Notes: generated by a model from the letters alone, not told the origin. A stretch of 61,369 bases of DNA from an uncultured virus (IMG/VR IMGVR_UViG_3300008339_009519) (IMGVR_UViG_3300008339_009519:62001-123369); one strand, 5' to 3'; counted from the stretch's first letter, positions 45,094-56,008 are shown. Made by a program: numbers and translations.

Positions 45094-45828
45094 TCATCCT
45101 GGCATTGGGTAGGTTATAGGCTGGTTTGTGCCTTTTGTTATTCCAGCAGTTTGATTGACCACAGGACCATCAGCAGTATACCCAATGGCATATTTATGAT
45201 TATTGTCATTGTAGTCAAACATTGTAACTGCTGAATATTTAGTCCCACTGGTCACTTTTAAGGAGGCATGTGCATAAATAAAAGTTGATGGAAAGAGAAT
45301 AATATCTCCGGCTTGAGGTTTAAAATTGATATCTAAGTATGGAAACCACAATTCCCCACCCTCATAATCATCATTTAAATATATCACCGAAGACACAGTA
45401 CAGCTGTATGAAAAGCCATGATCTGCATGAACAGCAAAGTGTTGACCAGGGTTATATCTTACAAAGTTAATAGCTTCCATGTAGTCCATTTTAAAATTGT
45501 AGAGAGATTCATAGTGAGTCAGACATTTTTTGAGATGTGTTTCAACATCTTCATAACACTTTCTGACTTCTTCAAATTCTGGGGTAAGATACTGCCAATG
45601 AGATGGACTCATTTTTAGGTCAACACAATCTCTGTAGTCTGGCATTTTTGTATTATATCCTACCATCGCTTCAGACCACTTAAAAAGATCATGCGTACTA
45701 TTGCCGATAGTTGCCTCTAATCTTTCTGGAATGTTAAGCTCTCTTGGAATGGCGTTTCTATACAAATAGATCCCAAATTTTCTATTATCTTCTGGATTAG
45801 CGCAGGCTCCTACATGAAAAAATTCCAT
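45094..45828 (-). CDS. 2OG-Fe(II) oxygenase (prolyl 4-hydroxylase-like)
   Basis: VRYNPGQHFAVHADH..IYLNDDYEGGEL..KPQAGDIILFPS..AHASLKVTSGTKY. Confidence 0.9.
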   Translation of the reverse strand: MEFFHVGACANPEDNRKFGIYLYRNAIPRELNIPERLEATIGNSTHDLFKWSEAMVGYNTKMPDYRDCVDLKMSPSHWQYLTPEFEEVRKCYEDVETHLKKCLTHYESLYNFKMDYMEAINFVRYNPGQHFAVHADHGFSYSCTVSSVIYLNDDYEGGELWFPYLDINFKPQAGDIILFPSTFIYAHASLKVTSGTKYSAVTMFDYNDNNHKYAIGYTADGPVVNQTAGITKGTNQPITYPMPG

Positions 45829-45862
45829 TTTTTGACTTCTTTCGATCAGTAAAATTGTTTAG

Positions 45863-45877
45863 TGATATACTATATCA
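45863..45877. promoter_or_regulatory. Palindrome TGATATA-C-TATATCA: overlapping divergent extended -10 elements
   Basis: Lies between divergent genes 45828(-) and 45904(+); reads TGATATACT on + and TGATATAGT on -. Confidence 0.55.
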
Positions 45878-45903
45878 TATAAGTATAAGCTGAGGAGCAA
45901 AAT

Positions 45904-46539
45904 ATGGATTTTCAACCAGAAGAAAAATCTCTAGTAGAACCTGGTCATTTTGGTTCTTCAAAAGATAATATTCTTATAGTAAAAAATTTTGTTGAATTAG
46001 AAGATTTAAAAACAATACAAAAATTTTTACCAACCATTAATGAATGGATGGATGCTGGAAAAAATAAATATGCTGAAGACGGGACCTGCACATATGATGC
46101 GTCTTACTGGCAGAATCGTCAGTGTAGTGGAGAAATTTTATCTAGAATTAACTTAGATGTATACAATTTAGTTGATAAATACATTATAAAAATGAAATGG
46201 CTTTTAGAAGACAATTTTAAAGTCAAACTAACTGTAAGACCCCCTGTTATTATAAGGTGGTTTCCTGGTCTTGAACAGCAACCTCATGCTGACAAGCAGC
46301 TCAATGATGGATCACCAAATCCATTCCCAACATATGATTTAAATTCATTAATTTATTACAATGATAATTTTACTGGGGGAGAATTATACTATCCTCAGCA
46401 TGCTCTTGAAGTTAAACCTGAGCCCGGACTTGCCGTAGCTCATCCAGGAGATATTAACTATCTTCATGGAGTAAAAAAAGTACTTTCAGGAGAAAGATAT
46501 ACTACTCCTTCTTTTTATACAATAACTAAATTATTGTAA
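45904..46539 (+). CDS. 2OG-Fe(II) oxygenase (prolyl 4-hydroxylase-like); the only plus-strand gene
   Basis: PHAD..YYNDNFTGGELYY..PEPG..YLHGVKKVLSGERY; GAGGAG RBS. Confidence 0.9.
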   Translation: MDFQPEEKSLVEPGHFGSSKDNILIVKNFVELEDLKTIQKFLPTINEWMDAGKNKYAEDGTCTYDASYWQNRQCSGEILSRINLDVYNLVDKYIIKMKWLLEDNFKVKLTVRPPVIIRWFPGLEQQPHADKQLNDGSPNPFPTYDLNSLIYYNDNFTGGELYYPQHALEVKPEPGLAVAHPGDINYLHGVKKVLSGERYTTPSFYTITKLL

Positions 46540-47205
46540 TTTTTCTTTACGGAATAAAGATTTTAAAAGTGTTATATCTGCCCATATTGGGCCAATTATA
46601 ATTATAAGATAAATATATCCAGCTATACTTTTTTGCCAATTCAAAATATGATAAGTCATGTTCATCGTGAAGGTAACTGCATAATTATATTTGGCTATTA
46701 TTTTTAATAAACTTACCTTATAGTAAAGTTTAAGAGCTAGGTAGGCGTTAACTGATGAGGCTGCAGCAGCCGTAAAGCAGTACGATGCGCCAAGTTGACC
46801 AATATTTGAATCTTGAAAATCAACACATAAAGCCATAATAGCCATAGCTATGGCGCCATAATGATGATACTTTGTAGACTTCTGAAGTAATTTATCAGAT
46901 TTAACAAGAGCCATTATATCTGAAGCTAAATACATTAAACCTAATGTTCTGATGGGTATATTGCTCCAAACATCAAATCTAATCTGTGTAATTATTAAAT
47001 AAATCCAACCAACTGCAATAACAAAACTTATACCACTTTGTATTAATTGCCCAGAACTATAACTTTCTTTTGGATTAATAGATCCATTTTTTCTAAATAT
47101 TAGAAGAAATTTTTCATTATTTTGTAATAAATTTATTATTAAACAACAAACTAAAAAAGCGGATATAGGAATTAAGTTCCATATATCCGCTAAATTAGTT
47201 ATCAC
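46531..47205 (-). CDS. Multi-pass membrane protein, TLC (TRAM/LAG1/CLN8)-like
   Basis: Five to six hydrophobic segments; YLASD..TKYHHY..SSVNAYLAL pattern. Confidence 0.55.
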   Translation of the reverse strand: MITNLADIWNLIPISAFLVCCLIINLLQNNEKFLLIFRKNGSINPKESYSSGQLIQSGISFVIAVGWIYLIITQIRFDVWSNIPIRTLGLMYLASDIMALVKSDKLLQKSTKYHHYGAIAMAIMALCVDFQDSNIGQLGASYCFTAAAASSVNAYLALKLYYKVSLLKIIAKYNYAVTFTMNMTYHILNWQKSIAGYIYLIIIIGPIWADITLLKSLFRKEKLQ

Positions 47206-47231
47206 TCTTTAACCTACTTTACAATTAATTT

Positions 47232-47634
47232 TTACTTAAATCCTGGTGGGAAAAAAGGTGGAAAGAAAGGTGGAAAGAAAGGTGGGAAGAATGGGGGAAA
47301 GAATGGGGGAAAGAATGGTGGGAACCATGGTGGGAAGTATGGTGGGAAGTATGGTGGGAAATATGGTGGAAAGTATGGTGGGAAAAACGGAGCGTGTCTT
47401 TCATATGAAATTGCTGTACCTAAAGGAGTAACAGTTGTATCTGTTAGTGCGGTTTTAACCTTATTGAGATCTGCTGCAACTGCTGTTGCAGTGTCAATTG
47501 GTGTCCCAACAGTAAAACCAGCGCTTGTTATCGTTGTATTAGCAGTTGAATCGGCTGTTCCGTGCTGCTACTGTTGGTTTTGCTGCTTTTCTTTTAGAAC
47601 CTTTACCAGGTTCTGGTACCCTGTTTGTACTCAT
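47232..47634 (-). CDS. PASTA-like domain plus (F/Y/W)FPP x12 repeat protein (~133 aa); +1 shift at CGG 47560-47562; missing from ORF track
   Basis: MSTNRVPEPGKGSKRKAAKPTVAA(c)GTADSTANTTITSAGFTVGTPIDTATAVAADLNKVKTALTDTTVTPLGTAISYERHAP FFPP(YFPP)4WFPP(FFPP)6GFK*. Confidence 0.75.
47244..47387 (-). repeat. 12 x 12-bp coding tandem repeat (XFPP)
   Basis: Units such as tggtgggaagta; variation is at third codon positions or F/Y/W swaps. Confidence 0.9.
47560..47562 (-). other. In-frame CGG +1 frameshift site 6 (GCA CGG A)
   Basis: Codon 25; homologous to the site at 56944-56946. Confidence 0.8.
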
Positions 47635-47635
47635 A

Positions 47636-49564
47636 TTATGCCGCCAAGTCTCCTAAAGCTACCCATGTATCAGTAGCGCGTTTGATAAGTGTAGCAGATG
47701 ACCACTGCGTACGCAACTTAAGACCTGGTGTGGCGTTAACTGTAACTCCAGCTTGAGCAGCAATTGTTGTTTGACCAGATCCAGTTTGAAGAACTGTAAT
47801 TGTTGTTCCGACTGGGAAAGCAACGTTTGAATTGCTCGGTACAGTAAGGTTATTCGCTGATCCTACGTTCATTTCAACCATGTCGCCTCTATCACCTAAA
47901 ACTAGAGTATAGCTTGCTGTCTGGGCGTTTGTGACCGTATCACTAAATATTCTTTGATATACTGTGCCATCGTTTGTAAACTCCCAACAATCGTCTGTTT
48001 CATTCCAGCGGAAAACAACATTTGTTGAGGTTCCACGCTCTACTTCAATTCCAGCGTTCTGGCTTGGTGTGCCAGCTTCATTGTTATTTAATATAATGAT
48101 ATTATCATCAATTGTAAGTGTTTCTGTATTAATACTTGTTGTAGTCCCAGAAACTGTCAAGTTACCAGAAACAGTTAAGTTTCCAGCAACTGTTGGGTTA
48201 GATGTGTTAACCCAAGCCGATCCGTTATAAAGAAGGACTTGATTTGTAACTGCTGAAGTTATTGTTACATCAGAAAGTTCTGATACGCCAATTGTTTCAG
48301 CAAGCCCTGTGCTAACCCAAGCTGAACCATTATATTTTAAAAACTGACCATTTGTTGCGCCTGTTACTGCAACGTCGCCAATATCATCAAGATTATTGAT
48401 TGTTGGAATTGAAGCCCATTCAATGCCAGTAGCAGCAGATGAATTAGCTTTTAAGTAATATCCATCTGTTCCAACAGAAAGAACTGCTGGAGTATCATTC
48501 GCTGTAGCAGTAAAAATATCACCTTTAGCATTTGCTGTTGTCTTCAAAATAGCATCATCTGATATTTGAGCAACGACGAAAGCTGTTGTTGCAATTTGCG
48601 TATTGTTTGTACCAACTGCCGCTGTTGGTGCTGTTGGTGTGCCTGTTAAAGCTGCGTTTGCTGCTGTAGCATAGCCGACAAATGAAACGTTTGCGGTTGC
48701 GGTTCCAGACACTCTGCCATATGAATCAACAGTTAATCCAGTAACAAATGTTGTTGTATTTGAACCTGTTGTATTACTCTGCGCTACCTCTGCAAGATCG
48801 ATGTTATCAGCATTGATAACTATTCTTGAAGAGCTTGCTGTAACAACATCAAGGCTGTTGCCAGTTTTTGTTAAACCATTGCCAGCTGACAATGTGGCAG
48901 TGCCTGTAAACTGAGTATATGTTAAATCATCAGTCCCAAGCACAAATGCGCCAGACCCACCAGAGCCAGTTGATGTAAGTATGAAACCTTGTCCAGAATT
49001 TGCTGAACCAGAAAGAACTAGAAGTGCGTCACCGGTCTTTAATTGACCAGCAGTGCTATTGTCTGCATCTGTTCTACGTGTAAGAATAAATGCGGTTGTT
49101 GATGTAGCTCCCTGCTCAGTTACAGTATAAATACCGTTATGCGCTGCATTGGATTGGTTTTTTACTAAAACTGATTGACCAGTTGTGACCTGAGATCCAT
49201 CGACAGTTAATCTACCATTACTATCACCAGTAAGTGTTGCTCCTGCGCCACTTGAACCATTCGCGTAAGTGCATGTTGGAAGAGCTGCAGCTGTTGCATA
49301 ATTAGCAACTTCATGCCAGTTGATTCCAGCTGTTAGTGAATCTACGTATCCCCTTGTTGCAAGAGCAGTTGATCCTGTTCCTGCATTTGATGCAACAACA
49401 GAAGTAACGTTCATTACTCCGTTTGCTGCTATATTAGCAACGACTGAACCACTAGAGTTTTTAAACTCTACGAGAGGGGCTGTTGCGCCTGATGCTGCCT
49501 TGAATACTGCTGATTCATCATACACCGTAATTTCAGGTGCGGTTTCTGTTCTTAAACGTGCCAT
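47636..49564 (-). CDS. Tail fibre/adhesin-like virion protein
   Basis: Thr/Gly/Ala-rich; VLVKNQ..HNGIY, LDDIGDV..LKYNGSAW repeats, AGIEVERG, C-terminal TQWSSATLIK..WVALGDLAA. Confidence 0.75.
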   Translation of the reverse strand: MARLRTETAPEITVYDESAVFKAASGATAPLVEFKNSSGSVVANIAANGVMNVTSVVASNAGTGSTALATRGYVDSLTAGINWHEVANYATAAALPTCTYANGSSGAGATLTGDSNGRLTVDGSQVTTGQSVLVKNQSNAAHNGIYTVTEQGATSTTAFILTRRTDADNSTAGQLKTGDALLVLSGSANSGQGFILTSTGSGGSGAFVLGTDDLTYTQFTGTATLSAGNGLTKTGNSLDVVTASSSRIVINADNIDLAEVAQSNTTGSNTTTFVTGLTVDSYGRVSGTATANVSFVGYATAANAALTGTPTAPTAAVGTNNTQIATTAFVVAQISDDAILKTTANAKGDIFTATANDTPAVLSVGTDGYYLKANSSAATGIEWASIPTINNLDDIGDVAVTGATNGQFLKYNGSAWVSTGLAETIGVSELSDVTITSAVTNQVLLYNGSAWVNTSNPTVAGNLTVSGNLTVSGTTTSINTETLTIDDNIIILNNNEAGTPSQNAGIEVERGTSTNVVFRWNETDDCWEFTNDGTVYQRIFSDTVTNAQTASYTLVLGDRGDMVEMNVGSANNLTVPSNSNVAFPVGTTITVLQTGSGQTTIAAQAGVTVNATPGLKLRTQWSSATLIKRATDTWVALGDLAA

Positions 49565-49599
49565 ATCGCTCCTAGCTTAGGATTATAAAAAGCTATTGA

Positions 49600-49608
49600 T
49601 ATAGTAAT
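49600..49608 (-). promoter_or_regulatory. Putative late promoter motif ATTACTATA
   Basis: Exact motif about 35 nt upstream of 49564. Confidence 0.6.
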
Positions 49609-49623
49609 AGAAATATTCTAAAA

Positions 49624-50430
49624 TTATTGTGTTATTCTCTTTAAAAATTCTAACATTTTTCCGACATATTTTATGCGGCCAAAGTGAGTTAAATTAATGG
49701 TTGGATCAACCCAAACTTTGCCACCCATTTTTTGCCAATATCTACAAAAGCCATAATCTTCTGACAAGAATCTACCAGTTTCATCAACATAAGAATTAAA
49801 TAAGGCATACGCATTTTCTGCCTCGTTGCCCGACAGAGCTCCAGTATCATCTTTATATTTTAATTTCTTATACTTTTTAAACATTTTTTCAAAAACTTCA
49901 CGCTTAATTACCATAAAGCCAGTTCCTGCTTCAAAGCATTCAATTGCACCGTTGTCTACATTAAGCTTGTTATTCCCTGGTTCAGTTAAGTGAACAACAT
50001 ATCTTGAAGCGTATTCCATAAGATCTTTTGATTCAAGCCCATTATTAACACCCTCTTTTACTCTATCCCAATTAATTTCTTTAATTGGATAAGAAGCGGT
50101 CATGACATCTTTATCATGCCAAAGGAGTTTTAAAATTGCCTCTTTGTCAAACTGAAGATCAACATCAATAAAAACCATATGGGTAAAGACTTCTGCGCCC
50201 ATAAACTTGGCAACAAGATTGTTTCTTGCGCGATTAATTAACGAATCTGATATCGTGCAAACAGAATATTTTAAGCCAATTTCTTTATAATATAAAAGAG
50301 CTTGTAAAAAGCTCATCATAAAAGGCTCTGTTACATGAGAATCATAACATGGGAGTGCAAAGAAAACATTCCATTCTTGAATTTTTTCTTTAGGAATTGT
50401 GATATTTATTTGTTGTTCTTCTATGGACAT
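49624..50430 (-). CDS. Glycosyltransferase (GT-A fold, phage type)
   Basis: DSLINRARNNLVAKF..THMVFIDVD..GTGFMVIKREVF..LSEDYGFC..WVDP..LTHFG. Confidence 0.85.
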   Translation of the reverse strand: MSIEEQQINITIPKEKIQEWNVFFALPCYDSHVTEPFMMSFLQALLYYKEIGLKYSVCTISDSLINRARNNLVAKFMGAEVFTHMVFIDVDLQFDKEAILKLLWHDKDVMTASYPIKEINWDRVKEGVNNGLESKDLMEYASRYVVHLTEPGNNKLNVDNGAIECFEAGTGFMVIKREVFEKMFKKYKKLKYKDDTGALSGNEAENAYALFNSYVDETGRFLSEDYGFCRYWQKMGGKVWVDPTINLTHFGRIKYVGKMLEFLKRITQ

Positions 50431-50436
50431 AAATAA

Positions 50437-50445
50437 ATTATATCA
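50437..50445 (-). promoter_or_regulatory. Extended -10 (TGATATAAT) 6 nt before ATG, probable leaderless promoter
   Basis: Same sequence and spacing as at 41298-41306. Confidence 0.55.
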
Positions 50446-50451
50446 CAAAAA

Positions 50452-51444
50452 CTACCAAGTGCTCAAACCAGCTCTTTTCCAAGTATTTGTAGAAACGCAA
50501 ATATAAATATAATTTTCGTCATAAGCTATATCACCAGTATTGCCGGAAGCTGATGAGCTTGAAGGAATCTGTGCAGCAATTTCACTTAGTGCAGGAACAT
50601 ATCTACTGCCACCAACACTAGTGAATACTGTTATTTTTCTTGAATTGCTTGACGGAGGTTCTTCAAAGTATACAGTAGCAGTATTGGCTGTGGTAGCTTC
50701 CCATCTAGTTATAATTAAATCAAATTGACCAGTCAATGATCTAGTAATCAAACCAACGTCTCTAGTATTTAAATTATGTGTTATTGTAAAACTTGTTGAA
50801 GAACCATCCCCAACAATAGCCGAATATGATGCACTTGTTGCAGGCAAGTATACGGAAGCAACTAGTGAATTAGAGCTTGGAGGAGCAGAAAAATCTAAAG
50901 TAACTCTTTGTGCTGTAGGCGAATATGCTAATGCTTGGACAACTTCATATGGAGAATCAGCTGATCTTACAACAACAGAAACATCTCTGGAACCAAGATT
51001 ATGATCTAGGTTTATACTAGAATCTGATCCATTGCCAATGGTTGCAACATAATAATCAAGTGTGCCAGCAGAAGTTATAAATACCCTTCTTGAAGAAGAA
51101 GAAACGACTGCAGAAAAATCTAAAACTACTGCATTTTCAGTAGTTGCTTCCCATCTAACATTTACAAAATCATATGGACTATTCGCATCTCTTACGGTAA
51201 CTACAATGTCTTTAGTATTTAAATTATGAGTAACAGTATAAGTTGAATTAGTCCCATCACCTATAGTTTCAGTATATGATGCTGTCTCAACAGCACCTTC
51301 ATCGGATGCTGGAGCAAACTTAGTCCCATCAAACTTTAATATTTGGCCTGATACAGCACCGGAGGGGTCAATCTGTACGCCATTGATCGTTGCAGTGTCG
51401 CCAACAACTAAGCCATTTTTAACTACAAAATCTTTGTCTGCCAC
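50452..51444 (-). CDS. Virion protein with three repeats of a 'HNLxxxD' beta domain
   Basis: IGDG..VTHNLNTKD / LDHNLGSRD / ITHNLNTRD; C-terminal GDIAYDENYIYICVSTNTWKR. Confidence 0.7.
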   Translation of the reverse strand: MADKDFVVKNGLVVGDTATINGVQIDPSGAVSGQILKFDGTKFAPASDEGAVETASYTETIGDGTNSTYTVTHNLNTKDIVVTVRDANSPYDFVNVRWEATTENAVVLDFSAVVSSSSRRVFITSAGTLDYYVATIGNGSDSSINLDHNLGSRDVSVVVRSADSPYEVVQALAYSPTAQRVTLDFSAPPSSNSLVASVYLPATSASYSAIVGDGSSTSFTITHNLNTRDVGLITRSLTGQFDLIITRWEATTANTATVYFEEPPSSNSRKITVFTSVGGSRYVPALSEIAAQIPSSSSASGNTGDIAYDENYIYICVSTNTWKRAGLSTW

Positions 51445-51504
51445 TAAAGTTCACTGTCCCTCTAGTTTTAAACTTATTATTAAGTTTTAAACTTACTAAA
51501 TATA

Positions 51505-54500
51505 TTACACTGCTATCAATGTTCTTGCAACTTTTACAGTGGCATTTGTTGAAGCTGCGTCTGTAATTGTCACTCTTAACAAAACGTTTCCAGCTGATAT
51601 TGATGTTGAAACTGCCAACGGTATTCTGGAAGCACCAAGTTCAATTACAGCATATTCTGACATGTAGGAGTCTGTTCCATCGTGCGCAAGGAGGACCTCT
51701 GAGCTTGTATACTTAGAGCCTTGAGTAACCTGAATCAAGTACTTGGCTGTTCTGTAAGCTGTTTTACTAAAGCTATCAACTGTTGTTATTGTATTAACAG
51801 TCACTGCCTGAGTTGATGTATTAAGTTCTCCAGTTGAATCAATAGTGAACGCACCAGCAGCTACTGTACTGAATTCTACTGCTGCATTTGTAGCTACGCT
51901 CTGACCAATTGAGAAGGTTGGATTTGAACCCTCACCACCGGCATTAGCAATTGTTACGCCAGTTCCAGCTGTAACATTAGCCAAATAATCTCCAACAGTG
52001 TCTGTTCCAAGATTAATTGCATCATTAACCCAGGCTGATCCATTATACTTAAGGAAATCACCAGAAGCTGCAGATGCTATTGTTACATCGCCAATATCAT
52101 CAATTGCATTGATTGTTGGGATTGAAGCCCACTCAACTCCGTAAGTTGCTGAAGAATTAGCCTTCAAGAATGAACCATTTGTTCCAACTGAAAGTATCGC
52201 TGGCGTATTGTCAGAACTTCCTACGATTAAATCACCCTTAGCATTTATCTCGGACTTAAGTATTGCTGTTGTAGTATCACCAAGTTCTGTGTAGTTAGTT
52301 CCATCATTGGTGAATTCCCATTTATCTGAAGTTTCGTTCCAACGAATTTCAACATTTGTTGAAGTACCGCGTTCAACTTGAATACCAGCATTAGTGCTGG
52401 GTGATGCGGTCACGCCAGAATTAAGGACTATAATATTATCCTCAACAGTTAAAGTCTCAGTGTTCAGGGTTGTTGTATTGCCTTGAACAGTAAGGTTGCC
52501 AGTAACAGTAAGGTCCTGCCCAATTGTTACATTTGAAGGAAGGCCAATCGTAATTGAACCAGCAGAAGCTGAAACTTCAACTTCGTTTGCTGTGCCAGCC
52601 AACGATGTTACAGCATTGGAAGAAAGATCACTAATCTGCGAAGCATTAATTGAGATAGTTGTATTTGATGCTGCAGTTAGCCTACCTTGAGCGTCAACTG
52701 TGAATGATGCAATTGAGTTTGCTGAACCATAGTTTCCAGCAGTTACTGCGGTGTTAGCCAAATCTATTGTAACTGCACCAGATGAACCGCCACCACTAAG
52801 GCCAGTTCCAGCTGTTACAGACTCAATGTCTCCAGCGTCATTTGTAAAGCTTATAACACCAGTGCTCGAGTTGTACGCAAGATCTCCTGATACACTGATA
52901 GCAGCTCTTGCATTTGATGTGAAGTCAGAAACTTGACTTGCAAGAATGTTAACGGCATTAGAACTGGCTGCTGTTAATCTACCTTGTGCGTCAACTGTGA
53001 AACTTGGTATTGTATTTGCATTGCCATATGAAGCAGCAGTCACAGTTGTGTTATCAAGATTAATGGTTATTGTATCTGTATTACTTGCAACTGAACTCAA
53101 TCCAGTGCCACCAGCAATTGTTAATACATCTAAGCCTGAGGTAATTGACTGGATATTTCCACTATCACCACCAACACCAAATGATGTTGAAATATTTGCA
53201 ATTGTGTTGTTTACATTTGAAATTGCATTATCTGTGTATGTTGTAGCATTTGAATAGGAGTTGCTAACATCTGTATTGCTAGCAATATTTACATAGGTAG
53301 TTCCATCATTACTGAATTGCCATTTATCTGAAGTTTCATTCCAACGAATTTCAACATTATTAGAGGTTCCTCTTTCAACTTCAATTCCGGCGTCTGCAGA
53401 TGGTGATGCGGTAACGCTAGAGTTGAGAAGAATCTTATTATCCTCAACTGCTAAAGTTTCGGTGTTAAGAGTTGTAGTATTGCCTTGAACAGTAAGGTTT
53501 CCAGTCACAGTAAGGTCTTGACCAATTGTTACATTTGAAGGCAGCCCAACTGTAACTGATCCATTAGATGCAGATACTTCAACCTCATTAGCTGTACCAG
53601 TAAGCGAAGTTACTCCAGAACTAACAAAACTTATAACACCAGTTGAAGAGTTATACGCAAGTTCTGAACCAGAAACACTAATTGTTGCTCTTGCATTTGC
53701 AGTAAAGTCGGAAACCTGGTTTGCAGTAATTCCTATGGTATTGCTTGTAGCTTGTGTCAATCTACCCTGTGCATCTACCGTAAAAGTTGCAACAGAGCTC
53801 ATTGAGCCGTAAGACCCTGCGGATACAGATGTATTATCAAGATTGATTGTTACCGTATCTGTGTTTGAGGTTACTGATGAAAGACCAGTTCCACCCAAGA
53901 TACTAAGTGTATCTGAACCAGAAGTAATTGTCTTGCTAGTTCCACTATCTCCCGCCACTTCAAATGATGTAGCAACATTAGCAACCAAGTTGGCAGCATA
54001 ATTTTGTGCTGCTGTTTGAGCACTTGATGCTGCACCATATGCATCATAGGTATTTGCTGTTACAGCAATTGTTGGAGTAGATCCTTCACCACCAGCATTG
54101 GTGATTGTAATGCCAGTGCCTGCTGAAAGATTTGATACATAGTCGCCAACTGTATCTGTTGAAAGGTTTACTGGATCATTAATCCAAGCAGAACCGTTAT
54201 AACGAAGGAAATCGCCATTTGCAGCGTTAGAAATAGTCACATCGCCAAGATCATCAATTGATCCTATTGTAATCGTTGATCCAGCTACTGCTGCATACAC
54301 ACCGACTCTAACTGAATTAGATGATGGAGCAGAAGAAAAATCTAATTTTACTGTTCCAGTTGTTGTTGCTTCCCAACGGACATCAATAACTTCATATGGG
54401 CTAGCAGCATTGCGCGCAACAACTACAACATCCCTAGTTCCAAGAGAGTGTGTAATTGTATAATTTGTTGCAGAGCCATCACCAATTGTTGTTGTATATA

Positions 54501-54907
54501 CAGTTCCAGCTAAGCCTGCGGTATCAGCTGCTGGAACAAATTTTGTTCCATCAAATTTGAGCACTTGATCCGATGTTGCTCCAGCTGGATCTATTGCGAC
54601 ACCATTAACGGTCAGGGTATTGGCATTTAAATTACCTGTGTTTACAGTAGCTGGCAAAGCCAGTGTATAAACACCCGATGTTGCGTTAGCAGTTACGCTA
54701 ATTTGATTAGCGGTGCCGACAACATTTGAAATTAAATTAATTCCGGATTACTGCATTTGCAGTGCTGTTTTTATAAAAAAGTTTTCCATCAGCTACGTTT
54801 ATAGCAAGTTCACCTAATTGCAGAGAGCTTGGGGCGTTGTTTGCTTCATCTGATCTCTTGAGGAGAAGTGTATTATTGACCGCAAAAATTGAACCGCTAA
54901 AAGACAT
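51505..54907 (-). CDS. Long tail fibre-like protein (~1133 aa); +1 shift at CGG 54743-54745
   Basis: AAGGAG RBS and ATG at 54907: MSFSGSIFAVNNTLLLKRSDEANNAPSSLQLGELAINVADGKLFYKNSTANAVI(c)GINLISNVVGTANQI.. joins ORF 51505..54657; internal TVDAQGRLT and AGIEVERG repeats. Confidence 0.8.
54743..54745 (-). other. In-frame CGG +1 frameshift site 7 (ATC CGG A)
   Basis: Codon 55; the 0 frame reads CGG AAT TAA. Confidence 0.8.
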
Positions 54908-54948
54908 TGTAGCTCCTTATTTAAGAATTAAGCTGTTATAATCATTTT

Positions 54949-54957
54949 TATAGTAAT
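54949..54957 (-). promoter_or_regulatory. Putative late promoter motif ATTACTATA
   Basis: Exact motif about 40 nt upstream of ATG 54907. Confidence 0.6.
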
Positions 54958-55006
54958 ATAAAAATTGATTTTTGTAATCACATTCTGCTTTTTAATTTTT
55001 AATTGA

Positions 55007-56008
55007 CTATAAACCCAATTGTATCTTAAAACCGCTTATTTTTTCAAATTCTAATGAACATATTTCAAGATAATCAGTTAAGGTCATGCTATTGAAGAGG
55101 ATATTGCGGGATTGAGATAAGCCCAAAAGCTCATTTGCTACTTCATCCCAGTCAAAGGCATTTACGTCTAGTTCTGCAAAATCTATGCGAGAAATTCTTC
55201 TTGGGTGTTCTAAAATCATTGTTTCATATTCTTTACTTTTTAAAGAATTTTTACCGTCTTCTGATTCAATGTATGGGTGTGGAAGCAAGTGTTTTGCGGT
55301 CTCTGTTAATTGTGTGACTACATTAAAACCACTTGAGATCAATCTCATGGACATCAAAGCTTCTTCTCCTGCACTTAGGTTTGGCATTTCCTTATATAGC
55401 TTGTACATATCTCCAGTTGAGAAAATAAAATGTCCAGATACACAGTTGTGCGGATTGTCTGTTAAATTATTAAAATTACATTTATTTTTTTTTATTTTAA
55501 ATATAAAACCTATTTTATTTCCAATTGAATTAATTTCATTTAAATTTGGTTTAGTATAACTTTCTATTAATTGATTTTTCCAGCTATATTCTTTTTTTGG
55601 ATCATTAGAATATCCATGACAATAAGAACTTATTGCAAGTTTAGATTTATATAGAGAAGTTAAATGATTATAATCATCTATTAAAATAGAATCCCAATTT
55701 TTTCTAAATAACATATGGGAGTCTGTTTGAAAATAAAAATCTTCACCATCATAAAAAGAATTGGCCAAATAACGGGCTTTTTGCATTCCTAGGTTGATGG
55801 GAGCTTTGCTAACTAAACTTTTTACCTGTCCGTTTTTATGTTTATTCTGCAGGGTTTTTTCTATTTGATATGGTAAATTTTCATAATAATTAAAATGTAT
55901 ACCTACATTTAGTATATTATTACCTGAACAATTGGAAAAAACACTATTAAGTGTTCTTTCTAATTCAAGATCATGATATGCGGGAATTTGTACAAAAATG
56001 GAAGCCAC
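55007..56008 (-). CDS. GlcNAc-transferase family protein (GT60 / Skp1-hydroxyproline GlcNAc transferase-like)
   Basis: SIFVQIPAYHD..ARYLANSFYDGEDFYFQTDSHMLFRKNWD..SGHFIFS..GEEALMSMRL. Confidence 0.75.
   Translation of the reverse strand: MASIFVQIPAYHDLELERTLNSVFSNCSGNNILNVGIHFNYYENLPYQIEKTLQNKHKNGQVKSLVSKAPINLGMQKARYLANSFYDGEDFYFQTDSHMLFRKNWDSILIDDYNHLTSLYKSKLAISSYCHGYSNDPKKEYSWKNQLIESYTKPNLNEINSIGNKIGFIFKIKKNKCNFNNLTDNPHNCVSGHFIFSTGDMYKLYKEMPNLSAGEEALMSMRLISSGFNVVTQLTETAKHLLPHPYIESEDGKNSLKSKEYETMILEHPRRISRIDFAELDVNAFDWDEVANELLGLSQSRNILFNSMTLTDYLEICSLEFEKISGFKIQLGL

Noticed and set aside
47246..47431. Plus-strand ORF MGKKVERKVERK.. and a possible CRISPR-like array
   Set aside because: It is the antisense shadow of the XFPP repeat. 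The 12-bp units are contiguous with no spacers and vary synonymously in the minus-strand frame.
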